64,000 nt of DNA from Takakia lepidozioides. Its lineage: Eukaryota; Plantae; Bryophyta. The notes beneath the pieces were generated by a model, which worked only from the letters and a program-made list of their open reading frames with translations, was not told the origin of the DNA and searched no databases. Position numbers and translations under genes: made by a program. The number at the start of each line of letters is the position of its first letter. Positions within the stretch are counted from its first letter, which is position 1. The stretch spans positions 10,726,001 through 10,790,000 of the forward strand of contig CM060732.1 of assembly GCA_030704615.1 (NCBI GenBank), in the 5' to 3' direction. This document shows, piece by piece, positions 1 through 12,400 of the stretch.

Positions 1-892
1 CAGGATTCAGTAAACAGGGCCAAACAAAATGCTGGAAGATTAAACTCTTCCCAGTTAATTCAGATCATCAATTTTTCCTCTTTTCTAGAAGAACACGTTT
101 GACATAAACTTGCTCCTCCTGTTTCGCACTCTTGAGATCCAACTTCCAAAGCTAATGTGCCCCCTAGTCTTATTCGTGTTCTCCCATTTTTCAGAGATGC
201 TTACAGGACCTGGTCACATTTTGTGGCCTGCTGGGTGGATGTATTTGTTCCCTGCAAATGGGGCCCTAAGCTCCAAGCCCACGTCTGACTATCTTCCTCA
301 GTGTTTTGACATGGACTGTCAAAGGGCAGGATGTGATAACGTACAAGATTACTGAGCGGCATGTGGTTCTTCATGTCCAACGGTGTCAACACATAATCCT
401 CTGTTTGCCTCAAGCTCATGTGCTCTGCCTGCTCAGTGTACTGATGCCTGAGTTAGTATATTCTTCAATCCATTGCAGACTCCCATCATGTGCTAACTTT
501 TCCAACACATAAAATCGTTCCAGGTGTCTTCCAAGTTTTGATGCAGTAACTTCAAACAAGCAGATAGCAACTGGCAGAGGTGAAGGAGAGCCATTGCATC
601 CATTCCAGATGACACATAAATTCATATTAAACACAAGAGGGAGCAAACATTGAGGTTCTTGGATACATAGGCTGCCAAGATAAGCAGGGTAGTTGTTACA
701 GCACAGGTCAGCATCAAACACATCTACAAAAGGTGAACTTCTCAGAGAATTGGACAGAACAAGACCCAAGGTTAATTTCATGTGCACTGAGAACAATATT
801 GGTTCTACTTTCATACATTACTTTCCAATTTTCATCTCCATTGGAACATGCATCGCATGTGGGCGATGAGCAGCTGGTTACAATTCACTTAC

Positions 893-2918
893 TCTCACAG
901 CTTCGAATATGGCAGGATTTTCATCAAGAAACTTCATAATCCAGGGAATCAGTGCCGAAGTGGTCTCGAACCCAGCAAAGAACACAGTAATGATGATAAG
1001 GCAGATCTGCCGGGGTGTGAATTGTGACTCATCCTCAAGTTTGTACTCCATCAAAGCTCCGAGAAGATCATCGTAATCTTTTCCTTCTTGTCTTCTCTGC
1101 ACCATGTAGCTTTCCATTTTTTCAAAAATCTTCTCTTTGGCCTGGTACAAGTAAAGAAAAGTAGTGAAAGTTAACCTCAGAGGACACCCTGAGAATAATA
1201 AAAACTGACTTGTAAGTGAAGACAGCCTAATATCGATTTGAACAGTCGCTCAAGTTTCAGGAGGAAATCATGACTGGATTTAGGACGTACAAGGACCTAC
1301 CACCAGTGCCGTCCGAATCTGGGAGAACGGAACATTCCAGGGCCAGGCAGTGAACCCCTTCCCATTCTGTGTGGCTAGTCTTCCCATCTCCTTGGCTTCT
1401 GCAGAGTCCACTTCCAGGTGTTTGCACACGAAGTGAAGATCGACAGAGAAGGTAAACTGCCACGTTGTTTGAAGTAAAATCAAATATCAGAACTAGTCTC
1501 CTCCGTGAAGACCAAACGAGTATCATATCTGCACTTATGTCCACAATGAAGAACAATGAGCCTGAAAGAGCAATTCTAACCTGCCCTATTACTTGTTTCC
1601 TGATATGTGCTCAGCAGTTTTGTCAAATTTGCAGAATCAAACGTTCAGATAGTTTGTATCAGCCAGAGAAGAATACTCATGCAGACTGTACTAAATAGTT
1701 TGATCATCAGACATATAGGTATGGACTCTTATCAATTTGAGGAGGGAGAGAGAGGGAGGGAGGGAGGGAGGGAGGGAGTGTGTGTGTGTGTGGGTGTGTT
1801 TAAGCGTGGTTCACTGTAACACTCATACAGAGTTACACTCCACGTCGGGTTTTGGGAAGTCCATGGACTAGTGATCAACCTAGATATTGCGATTGTATAG
1901 TCCTGTGCATCTATTTCATCCCTGGATACCTTTGAGATGACTTAACCGCCATGATTAATGCAGGAAGTTGAAACCTCAGGAACTGCACCTTCTCAACTTC
2001 TTTGTGGGTGTTGACACACTTCCTTTCTGCCCATGAGCACAACATCGACCGCGCCAGACCGTCAATGAATGGAACGCAGTCCCGAATGAATGGTACCAGT
2101 GTACTACCAACAACGCTTCTTGCCGGGGAATGAAGATGAGTGTTGAAGAGACCTTCATCTGTAGCCATAGCCAAAGCTGCTAGCCGAATTTGAGGAAAGG
2201 CATCCCTCGACGTTAGCACTCGTTTAACTGCATCAGCTGAGCTTACACAGACCGTATTTATACCAAGAATGTTGGACGAAAAGCAGTCACCGTACCTACG
2301 TTATCCATCAAAGGGCATCAGACGTCTGACAGAGAAAAGTACAACATGCAGTGAGAAACATCTAGGAACACGATGAACAAAGAAGAGGGAAGCACACAAA
2401 GCCGGACGGCCTACGAAAACCACGGGAGACAAGCAGAGAGAAAGAAGGAAAGGAAGGAAGACAGACAGACAAACAGACAGAAAGGAAATTTTAACATCCA
2501 GAGAGAGAGGAAAAAAGATGATCATTTCACCTACCGATTCCTTCAACAGTCTTTCAACTTTGGACAATATCCTGACCAACTTCCTGGCCTATCGACATCG
2601 CTGAAGAACATAAAATCAAGCCTCATTCAAAAGACAACTTAAGATTATAAATAAACTAATTCATGATGCACAACACAGGTAGCTAGACCGGTATCGAGTG
2701 GAGGAAGGAGCTGAAAAGGACCTAGCATGGCGACTCAGCACAAAGTTGATAGGTGAATTGTCAAGGTGGAAGCTTTCCCCTACTCTGGGCATGAACTGAA
2801 ACCAAGCGCCCTTGGGAGTTCGTTTGGGCCGCCTTGCAGCGTTCACGACGCAAGCCAGTAGCAGCGCAACGATAAACCCCACCACCCATGTCCACAACTG
2901 CAGTGCAAGTTCTCCCAT
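893..2918 (-). CDS. Cytochrome P450, CYP85-clan-like, first four exons (2722-2918, 1989-2295, 1301-1456, 893-1141); 3' exons not found in the window
   Basis: N-terminal TM anchor MGELALQLWTWVVGFIVALLL, Pro-hinge-like P-RVGES, exon 1/2 junction R|YG typical of the CYP85 clan, I-helix FFAGFETTS, GT-AG boundaries at all four exons. No ExxR, PERF or heme-Cys exon recognised in 1-892. Confidence 0.85.
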
Positions 2919-3184
2919 GGCTGAGGATCTCCAATTCTCTCTCTCCCTCCACCCTCAGTAAGAGTTTTGGCGTTCATATACTACTGTCTCTCCCTTGTCA
3001 CACACGCCCTCATAACCTCATTCGTGTGTAACTGCCAACCTTCGGTATGGGTTTTGTATCTCACTTATATAGCTGTACATCTCTGTACTCTGATCTCTGT
3101 ACTCTGATCTGTACTCTGATCCCCTTGGTCAAGTAATCTGTCTTCTTCCAATGCATAATTGTGGCGTTGACGATTGAATACAGG

Positions 3185-3368
3185 CTACTACGCTGGATTC
3201 ATCCACTGTCCATCTGCCACCCATGCTCACGGCTGCGGGCCTCTTTAGACTTATTATGTGGTACCCAGAGCCAGTGAATACAGGTAAAAAGCCCTACTAC
3301 GCTGGATTCATCCATTGTCCATCTGCCACCCATGCTCACGGCTGCGGGCCTCTTTAGACTTATTATGT
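3185..3368 (+). repeat. Local ~75-bp direct duplication upstream of the P450, preceded by a short CTGTACTCTGAT tandem (~3080-3120)
   Basis: ctactacgctggattcatcca-tgtccatctgccacccatgctcacggctgcgggcctctttagacttattatgt occurs at ~3185 and ~3295. Confidence 0.7.
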
Positions 3369-4245
3369 TTATTGCTGGGTACCCAGAGCCTCCGACACCA
3401 TTTCTAGTCTTTGTTTTAGACTCAAAACCCAATTGCGTATGTTTATTGCTGCCATAGCCTCCAAGACCCTCTGAAACCATTTCTAATCTTTTTTTCTTGC
3501 CTCCTTCCTTGCACGGAACCCTGTTTTACCCTGTTGTACTCTTGGTGTACCATAATTTGTAGGTCATGAAAAATTAACCATGGAAGAGGATGAAATTTTA
3601 TGTGGGGGGCATCACGGCAAGTTTTTTTAATTAACTCTACTTACCTCTATTATTCATGCCATTACGCCTACATTTTAGGGCTTTCTGACATGATGCACAT
3701 GCCATGGGGCGCCTCTGGAAATTTGTAATCACCCCAAGTTTTGAATTATTTGGCGTAACAGCTCCTTCAAAATGTCAGAAACAATTTATGAGACCAAATT
3801 TCATGTAGTGTAGCCCACAGAGTGCAGAGGTGTACATAGCTTATTATTGCCTTACCTCCTTTTTGGGTCTGAACCCAGTAGCCGCCAAATGGAGGTGCCT
3901 CACCATTAATGAAATCAAGGATCCTTCTCCTCTGGCCCTCTCCTTCAACGACACAAGGCTGAAGACGAGGACCACCGCATTCAGCTTCATTGATGGAGGC
4001 GGACACTAATGCTTTCTTCCCTGCATGCCAGACGTGCTCCTCAGCAAACGGCCTCCCGTTATTACACCTACCACCTCATGCTGTCCAAATGCATCCCCTG
4101 TCCACACTTGAATACTGCTCCCACTACACATACTCCTAGTCCCGATGTCCCATACCTACTGAAGTGTCCGCAAGCACTTTTTTGCAAAACTGCAAAAAAA
4201 CAAGCAACCTAATCCAGCCCATGACTTGCAGAAATTCAACCAACA

Positions 4246-4425
4246 GTCAGTAGCTCAGTTGGTAAAGTGCATCCGGATGACCCTGGGGTCAAATCCTGCT
4301 ACTTGACGGGTGTGGTACGCTCCCCCTTCCCTGCGCGGTGCCGCATTTGAAAGCCTTATGGCGAGGTTACCGAGAGGTTATTTTCTCCTCTCTCTATCAA
4401 GGGGCCTGATTTGTGAGCTGTCGCT
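4246..4425 (+). mobile_element. tRNA-derived SINE, 5' part (its 3' part with A-tail is at 12401-12445, split by the Gypsy insertion)
   Basis: A-box TAGCTCAGTTGG at 4251, B-box-like GGGTCAAATCC at 4286; the body continues after the Gypsy as cgctcccaagtgtttcactttc-A-tract; an uninterrupted paralogous 3' part lies at 13165-13280. Confidence 0.6.
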
Positions 4426-4434
4426 TGTGATGCC

Positions 4435-4984
4435 CGATTCCGGTGCTATGGGTTTGTTCCCCTTCCTCTACCGGACTTGCCCCTATCTGGGGAATGTAGT
4501 CAGTAGAAGGGCCTGGCAGAGCAGATGGAATCTTTCTAAAGAGGACGCTAGAGACCCAGACCTCCAACACTTCCATCCAACCACTTAGGCACACCGTTAC
4601 GCCCAACGTACGCTTGCGTGAGACTCAAAAGCCACCACCCTCACTGCCACGGCAGTGAGGCAGTGAGGCTTAAATAGCATTAGGTCATAATCTAATCTTA
4701 GTGCTATGTGGCATTTACACATAGGTCCACCAAATGTCCTTCCAGCATAGCCATAGAAAGAACCCAGATCACCTAGTCTCATCCTAATCTGATCCTAAAC
4801 TAGCTGTTAGAATAAGACAGCCCCTAATAAAGCCATCAGCTGTTGCCAGCTCATCCTCATGCGCAAGGTGTAAGTCCATCCAGCTTTCATCCTGGCTTCG
4901 TCCATCCCTTAAATCATCCGGAGCGCATCCCTCCTCCATCCATCCATGTCGAAAAGTAAGGTGAGAAGGAATCCCAGCTCCACA
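4435..4984 (-). repeat. 3' LTR of Gypsy copy 1
   Basis: High similarity to 11861-12400 and, inverted, to 27395-27920; begins TGTGGAGCTGGG on the minus strand. Confidence 0.85.
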
Positions 4985-5275
4985 TATGTGATGCCTGCTG
5001 GGGCCATAAGAAACTGTGAGCTCATGCGAGTGATCCCAACTCCACATATGTGATGCCTGCTTAGGGCCATAAGAAACTGCGAGCTCATGCGAGTGATGAG
5101 CTCAGGGAGGACAAAAAAGAAGTCTAGCCAAAACAAGCTACAACCCGGCACACAAGGGATGAAAAAACCTAGGGAAGAAAACCTCATCCTGCAAGCTGGG
5201 TGGAGGACAAAACATCCCATAGGAAAAACCCCAAGTGCTACAAATGGTGTAGAAAACTAGCACGAAATTCAAACA

Positions 5276-8200
5276 CTACTCTAAAGAATAGGCTGGCAGA
5301 TTGCGAGCTGTCCGAGCTGTGGGGGTGAAGATCACCTGACGGTTCTCAACATTCAAACATGTTAGATCAAAAGTAAGAGTGCATGGAACAAGTAAGGAAA
5401 CATGAATGGAGCTAGCTAAGTGAGGAGTAGAGGCATGTTGTGGGAGCAAGACATACTGCCTGCCAAGAAGAATATCAGAGATAAGGTAAGGGCCATCAAT
5501 GCGTCGTTTAGCCTTGGAAATCTGCTTACCAGGCTGGAGTCTCACACAAACAGACTGGCCTACCTTGAAGGACTCAGAATATACAACACGGCGGTTGTAA
5601 TTCTTTGCCTGAGCAACTTGAGCAAACACAATGTTAGATTTGGCAGTCTCTCTCAAACAACGTCGTTTAGCATCCATGGAAAGCAAGAAGGTATCCCAAT
5701 TCTCAGGCTTAGTAGCCGAGACCTGCAGCCAGGAAATATACAATGGGGTCCTACATTTCCTACCGTACAAAAGTTCAAAAGGTGAGATTTTGGTACTGGC
5801 ATGGATAGAGGTCATGTAGGCAAAGAGCAGAATAGGCACAGCAATATCCCATTCATCAATGAGTTCCCATTCTTCTCGAGCATCTGACATATAGTTTTGT
5901 TAAATTGTTCTGTCAAACCATTGCATTGGGGATTGTAGGGAGCAGTAACGGCATGCTTAGTGTTGAGATTAAGTAAGACAATCTCCATAAGTTGGTTGCA
6001 AAACTCTGTAACTTGATCCGTGAGGATTTCCAGAGGGTAACCATGACGAAGAATCACCTTATCAAAGAAGAATTGCACTACCTCATCACTATCCTTAGCA
6101 ACCAGAGGTCGGAGCTCAACCCATTTCGTCAGGTAGTCCGTTGCAACCGCAAGATATGCATGGCCCTTGGACGTGGATTTAAGGGGTCCGACTAGATCTA
6201 AGCCAACCCTGGCAAATGGTTCAGTCACCGGGATAGGCTGTAAAGGCAAGGGAACGTCGGTTCTAGGTAGGATGGTCTTAGCATGACAGGGCACAACCTT
6301 GCAATGAAAGCTAAGACATCTTTAACTAAGCCTTTCCAGTGATACTACTCCTGTAATCTCTTGACAGTTTTAGCAACCCCCAAATGGCCAGCATAAGTAG
6401 AAGCATGGTATAATTCAAGTAAAGCAGGGACAACGGACCTAGAAGGGACTTCCACAGCAGAGGTACCTTCCAAAGCAGTGACTCTGAACAATCTCCCTTC
6501 ACTTTCCCGGTGGCTGGGTAAGTGATAGTTGACTTGCCTCATGAGCAGCTTGGATATGCCACTAAGGTAGGTGCCGGTTTTGCACCTATGGAGAAGAGCA
6601 TCGTATAATGGATCATCAATGCCTACATCACTCATGGCCACACAACATCAGGTTAGTGCAGGCGAGAAGAAAGTGGCAGCCCCCGTTCTCTTCCTTTCGG
6701 ATTCCTGACTTCATTTTCAGTTGGCTGCCTATGAGGAGGCAAGCAGGCTGTAAGGCACAGCTCAGTCTCTCGGTCAGAAAACAAACCAAGGCAGGCGCGA
6801 GACAAGATGGGCAGTGCTAAGGTAAGGAAGAGTACCAGACTAAGCTGCAGGATACCAGACCAAAATGCATGCCAATACCAGGGGAAGTTTAGCCAACATC
6901 AAACTGTAGAAGATCCCAAGTGTCAAATAAATCTTGAGGAACATAAGGATAATCCAACAAATGACACAAGGCATATGGGTCTGAAACAGGTACAGTAGGT
7001 GAGGGAGATCGTTCAGCAGGGGAGACAAGATCACTTAAGGTAGTGTAGGGTGCAGGTATTTTGGATTCGCCTCTAGTCAGAGTATCTGCAATAACATTGT
7101 CCTTCCCACGCTTGTATGAGATGGTGAAGTCATAGCCTTGCAAGATTAGAGCCCATCTAGCTAACCTGCCAGTGAGTTCACGAGGAGTTAGCAAGGCTTT
7201 TAAAGAGAGATGGTCAGTTTCAACGGTAAAATGATAGCCATGCAAATACTGCCTAAAATATTTGACGCCAAAGATAACGGCAAGGCCTTCCTTGTCAGTG
7301 ATGGAGTAATTGCGTTCATGTTTATCAAGGCGGCGAGAGGCGTAGGTGATGGCATGCTCCTGACCATCTTGAATCTGGCTTAACACAGCAGAGATATCGA
7401 GATCACTGGCATCAGTTTGCAAGAGAAATGGCAAGGTAAAATTAGGATAGGCAAGCACAGGAGCAGAGATAAGTGCAATTTTGAGCTTCTCAAATGTTGA
7501 CGTTTCTGCGGTACCCCAGACAAAACGAGCATCCTTGGATAACAAGCGAGTGAGGGGAGCAGCTATGAAGCGACGATAGTAAGAACCCAAGCCTAAGAAG
7601 GCTTTAACGCATGTTTTATCCCGAGGGGCTGGATAGTTCCACACAGCTTGGATCTTGGCAGGGTCGGGACTGATGCCAGCAGCAGAAAGCAGATGGCCCA
7701 AGAAATGGAGCTGTTCCATACAGAAATCACACTTCTTGGCCTTAACCTTAAGCCCAACGGCACGAAGCCTGCACACAACCCGCTGTAAATCCAACAGATG
7801 AGCATCAAACGTAGTAGAGTAAATGTTGATGTCATCGATGTAAACCAAGGCACATTCCCAACGAAGGTTTCCTAAAACGATATCCATTAGGCGCTGAAAT
7901 GTGGCAGTGGCGTTGCAAAGGTTTCAAATTGAAAGAGGCCCATCCTGCAGGTGAAGGCAATTTTATCTTTAGCAGCAGCAGTTAAAGGAACTTGCCAAAA
8001 GCCAGAGGCTAAATCTAAGGAAGAGAATATATTGGCCCCATTAAGTTGATCTAGCGTTTCATTGATGCGTGGCAAAGGGTAAACATCCCTCTTAGTGATG
8101 GCATTTAAACGCCAAAAATCAACGCAAAAGTGGGTTGAGCCATCCTTTTTACCCACCAAGACAATGGGACTAGCCCAAGGAGATATGGAGGGGGTAATGA

Positions 8201-9529
8201 CACCAGCATCAAGCATTTTTGTAATCTCATCCTGAATGACCTTGCGCTCACGTACACTCTCCCTGTAGGCATGTTGTTTGATAGGCTTACCATCCGTGAT
8301 GATGTCATGATCCAGAAGGGTGGTACGGCCCAAGTCATGAAGCCCTTGACTAAAGATGTCGAGGTTGTCACGTAGAAACTGGTGCAGGCGACTAATCTAC
8401 TGGGGAGCAAGGTGATCACCCACCTTGATATCCTTTAATACTTGCTGGAAATGTTGCTCTGCCTCCGGAGTAAGCGGACCTTTGTCAGTGAACCAGAGTG
8501 AGAGGCAAAGGCCTGGAATTGGTCCACAGGGGAGTCCACCAGCCCAATATCAAGATTGAGACCTCGCTGAACAGAGGTCAGCTCAGACAAAGGAGTAGTA
8601 GTGAGTCTAACAAGGACCTGACCCTTACGTATATAGATGTTGATGCGTTCAGGATTAGCAAGAAGTAACCGGACCTCACCTTTGAAATCTCAGTCTAAAA
8701 CCCTAGAAGCAATCAGATAGTGCTTTTGGAGGGTAAGTTTCTTCCAGCCCTCAATCTCAAGGAAATGACCTGCAGGGCAAGCAAAAGCTAGACCTGTAGG
8801 TATTATGCACTGAGAAAAAGCAGGGATGATGAAGTCAACAGGAGAATGTAGCAAAAGAGAGTTCTTTGCCACGGGCAGTGGAGGTCCAGACTTCTTACCT
8901 GGTGGAGGGAAATGCCATTGATACAAGGTAGCACCAATTGGGTGGAACTGGCTGAACCTGGCCCAATTATAATGCAAACCCACCTGCTCCTTCATCCGCT
9001 CAGCTTGAAGCTTGAGACTAGAATAGTTGGCCATAGAGGTCCCAGCAGCAATGGTAACATGGTTTAGGTTCACCTTGTAGGGTTGCCCTTCACCATTGTG
9101 AAGACACATAATGTTATTTATGATGTCTATGCTGGCCTCTACACCCTTCATCCAATCCAGACCCAGCAAAATTTGCTCACCCATGGTGACAATGCAGGTT
9201 AGCAAGACAGTCTTCCCACTAATACGGATAGGTAAGGTGACTAACCCGATAGGTTCATAAGCCGTGCTATCAGCTATGGTAACCACAAGGCCATGAGCAG
9301 AGCCAATCTTTAATCCAAGAATGCGAACTGTGCTAAGTGGAATGGCAGACATGGTATAGCCCGTACATGGAAAGGAAAGGTGGCCTACATGGCATTGTTT
9401 CATCAACGGATGAATACGGTCCCGACTGACACGTTTATAGGCTTCACAATGCATGAGTTTGAAATCACGAGAAAAAACAACACTTACCAGCGTGTTGGGG
9501 TTCTTACCATGGTCATCTGGCACCCTCAC
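5276..9529 (-). pseudogene. Gypsy pol: protease, dUTPase-like, RT, RNase H, integrase (frameshifts and stops)
   Basis: RT SPWASPIVLV..YPLP..LDLASGFWQ..YIDD; RNase H LQTDAS..YASR..ETDH..RLARW; INT GHLG..C..C, VGLDLVGPL, ILTDQ, PQCNGLTE. Confidence 0.92.
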
Positions 9530-10732
9530 AGACGACCGGGTTCGTTTAAAGTATCCTGTTGTTTCTTATCCCTTTGTAACTGTTCAATCAGGGCAGGCAA
9601 GTCAAACTGGTAAGGGCACCACCTAGTGTAATGCTTGATGGACTTACAAATCATGCAAGCCACCACTGAGGTCCTGGTGTCATGACGCATGCCAGCATAG
9701 GCTTTACTTTGAGTCCCGGATCTGGCAGGGACTACAGGGTTCCAGCCTACCTCAGCCTTGAAGGCTTGCAGCTCTCCCTGGATTTCATTACGAAAGGATG
9801 ACAATTCATGCACAATGGAAGGGACCAGATCTGCTGCAATACCTTTCACCCCAGGGTCCCCATCAGTAGGCTCTACACAGTGGCTCTCACTAGCGAGATG
9901 AGTGTGTTTCGTGGTGGCAACTTTAGACAGACCTGCCTTAGCAGCTTTGAGACGTAATCGTTCTTCAATCAATTCCACCATCTCATCTTCAGTGGTGTAA
10001 GGCTATTTTTGCAAAAACACTTTCTCAGCAGGTGGCAAGCCTTTTACAAACAATGTTTCAAAATAGCAGGTCTTTCTGATGTAATCAAAACCGACTTACA
10101 AATTGCAGTTCGTAAATCAATGTAGTATTTCCACACATTGTCGCCATAATGAAATTTTAAGTCTGGTGTGGTGTAAGCTATGGGCTTTTCTTCACGAAAG
10201 AGCTTGCGAGCCAACTCTCTAGCCTCGACCCACATAAGATCAGTTTTGTCCTTAATGTTGGACTCAAATAGTTGCCTGGCATCTCCCTTGAGACAGATCC
10301 GAAAGGACTTGACTTGGAATCGTGGAGGAACCCCATTCATTTCAGTGCTGATTTCAAAATATTCCAAGAAGGACTCAAAATCCTCCCCTATGTTGTACTC
10401 AGGGTATTGCTGCTTATGCATTCGCTCTCCATGATCAGATTTTTGTGGAGTAGTGTCCGGAGCCTCAGATTGTTTCAGCAACATCTTCAAAAGGGGGGGG
10501 GGGGGGCAATTTGAAATAACCCCCATGGCTTCACACAGCTCGTCCAAATCAAATGTGGGCTAAGGCACAGTCGCCGGGTCTTTGTGATCTCCGGACGACT
10601 CCCCCTTTCCATATTATTCTTTTCATTAGTTGTTGTCTCTTCCCTCTCCTCCGCTGCACGTTTTTCCAACTCACTCAGTCCCATTGTTTCTTCTGCTTCC
10701 TTTTCTAGCATAGATCTTGTAAATACAGGCAT
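9526..10732 (-). pseudogene. Gypsy gag with CCHC knuckle
   Basis: CMICKSIKHYTRWC (CX2CX4HX4C) upstream of the protease; homologous to 24212-25373. Confidence 0.8.
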
Positions 10733-10750
10733 GAGAAGAGAAGGACACGG

Positions 10751-11671
10751 CTACCTGTGCGAAGGAGCACTAAGCTGCGAGTCCCACCCAGACACACAGT
10801 GGGAGGTGATGAAGCGGTGCTTGTGCAGCAGATACACTCCTTCGCCCAAGAATGCCCACAGCTCTTCTTCTCCCTTGAGCCAAAAAGCCACGCGCACAAT
10901 GCTGCGCACCACCTTATCCTTCACCAACAGCGTGTGTGCAGGATAGGTTCGAGCTTCCTCGGCCTTGTAGAGACCTACCGTTTCATGCCGAAAACGCACC
11001 CCCGGAAAGATCAACACATCACTAGGACAAAAAGGAAATTCAGAGTCAGGGATACCCGTGATGAGCTCTTCCCAAGTGGGATCCCGGGTCGGGGCTGGCG
11101 GAACTCGAGGCCTTAAATTAGCAAGCAGGATAGATGTTCCTCCCTTAACCAGTTCCCACAAGCATAGAGGGCTCGGCTTGTCAGGAGGTAGGAAGCTTTC
11201 AAGCTCCACACCCAATTCTCGACTCACAGAGAATTGTGGGATGCCCAAGACAGCCCAGCTAAGCTTCTCACCAGCCTCCAACTATTCCTTGGCACTAGCA
11301 AGGAGGATTTGTAGAGTGACTTCCCTGGAGTGAAGTTTGAGGAGCAGACGCGCAACATAGGCTCCCTGAAGCGATTCACGAATGCGTCTGCTCTGCTCCC
11401 GCTACTCTGCTTTGGTGCGTATGGGCTTGCAGGCTTCCTTGCGCGCAGTTTCCTCAAACGTTTTGGCCCAGAACTCCGAGGGCATATCCAACGGGAGCTC
11501 AGGGCGCGGAAGAGGTTCTCCTTTCGGGTAATCAACAAAAACCAACTGCTCAGGCAACAAGTTGCGCGCAAGCTCGCAAATGTAGTGAGATTCTAACGCC
11601 AGAGTCTGCTTCAAGCACGGGACCTCAACTTGATCAAGTTCAAACCAACCCCGCTCAGAACTGGAAGCCAT
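10751..11671 (-). pseudogene. Additional ~306-codon ORF of unknown function between the PBS and gag
   Basis: MASSSERGWFELDQ...WDSQLSAPSHR read across two in-frame stops; conserved in copy 2 (23269-24189). Confidence 0.6.
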
Positions 11672-11842
11672 CGCGCTTGTTTGCCGAACTCTCAAAACAC
11701 AAGAAACACGAGCAGACAAACTGCCTCTCTCTCTCTCTCTGTGCGAGACAACAGCCGCCATTTTGCCACCCCTCTCCCTGCAATCATGCAAAATCCCCGT
11801 ACCCAATTTACTGGTACTAAATCCTTTGTCAACGACTTTAGT

Positions 11843-11860
11843 TACCCCGCATCTCCACCA
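11843..11860 (-). promoter_or_regulatory. Primer-binding site complementary to the 3' end of tRNA-Ala
   Basis: TGGTGGAGATGCGGGGTA directly after the LTR end ...GGAATCA; complement of plant tRNA-Ala ...TACCCCGCATCTCCACCA. Confidence 0.85.
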
Positions 11861-12400
11861 TGATTCCGGTGCTATGGTTTGTTCCCCTTCCTCTACCGGA
11901 CTTGACCTTATCTGGGGAATGTAGTCAGTAGAAGGGCCTGGCAGAGAAGACGGAATCTTTCTAAGAGGACGCCACAGACCCAGACCTCTAACACTTTCAT
12001 CCAACCACTTAGGCACATCGTTATGCCCAACGTACGCTTGCGGAAGACTCAAAAGCCACCACCCTTACTGCCACGGCAGTGAGGCTTAAATAGCATTAAG
12101 TCATAATCTAATCTTAATGCCATGTGGCATTTACACATAGGTCCACCAGATGTCCTTCCAGCATAGCCATAGAAAGAAGCCAGATCACCTAATCTCATCC
12201 TAAAATGATCCTAAACTAGCTGTTAGAATAAGACATCCCCTAATAAAGCCATCAGCTCTTGCTAGCTCATCCTCATGCGCAAGGTGTAAGTCCATCCAGC
12301 TTTCATCCTGGCTTCGTCCATCCCTCAAATCATCCGGAGCGCATCCCTCCTCTATCCATCCATGTCGAAAAGTAAGGTGAGAAGGAATCCCAGCTCTACG
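11861..12400 (-). repeat. 5' LTR of Gypsy copy 1
   Basis: Matches 4435-4984; ends in CA adjacent to the PBS. Confidence 0.85.

Larger units (their letters stand above)
4426..12400 (-). mobile_element. Ty3/Gypsy LTR retrotransposon, full-length but decayed (copy 1)
   Basis: Direct repeats 4435-4984 and 11861-12400; PBS; gag-PR-dUTPase-RT-RNaseH-INT order; 4-bp TSD CGCT at 4422-4425 and 12401-12404, supported by the empty-site paralog at ~13237. Confidence 0.92.

Noticed and set aside
416-814. Continuation of the P450 coding sequence
   Set aside because: No K-helix ExxR, PERF or FxxGxRxCxG motif is recognisable in this ORF or nearby frames.
4251-4300. Functional tRNA gene
   Set aside because: A and B boxes are present but there is no cloverleaf or acceptor stem; it continues into a repeated body with an A-tail, so it is treated as a SINE.
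4335-4348. GCGGTGCCGCATTT, a partial match to the array palindrome
   Set aside because: A single partial copy lacking the left AAAT arm, 40 kb from the element and inside a SINE; likely chance.
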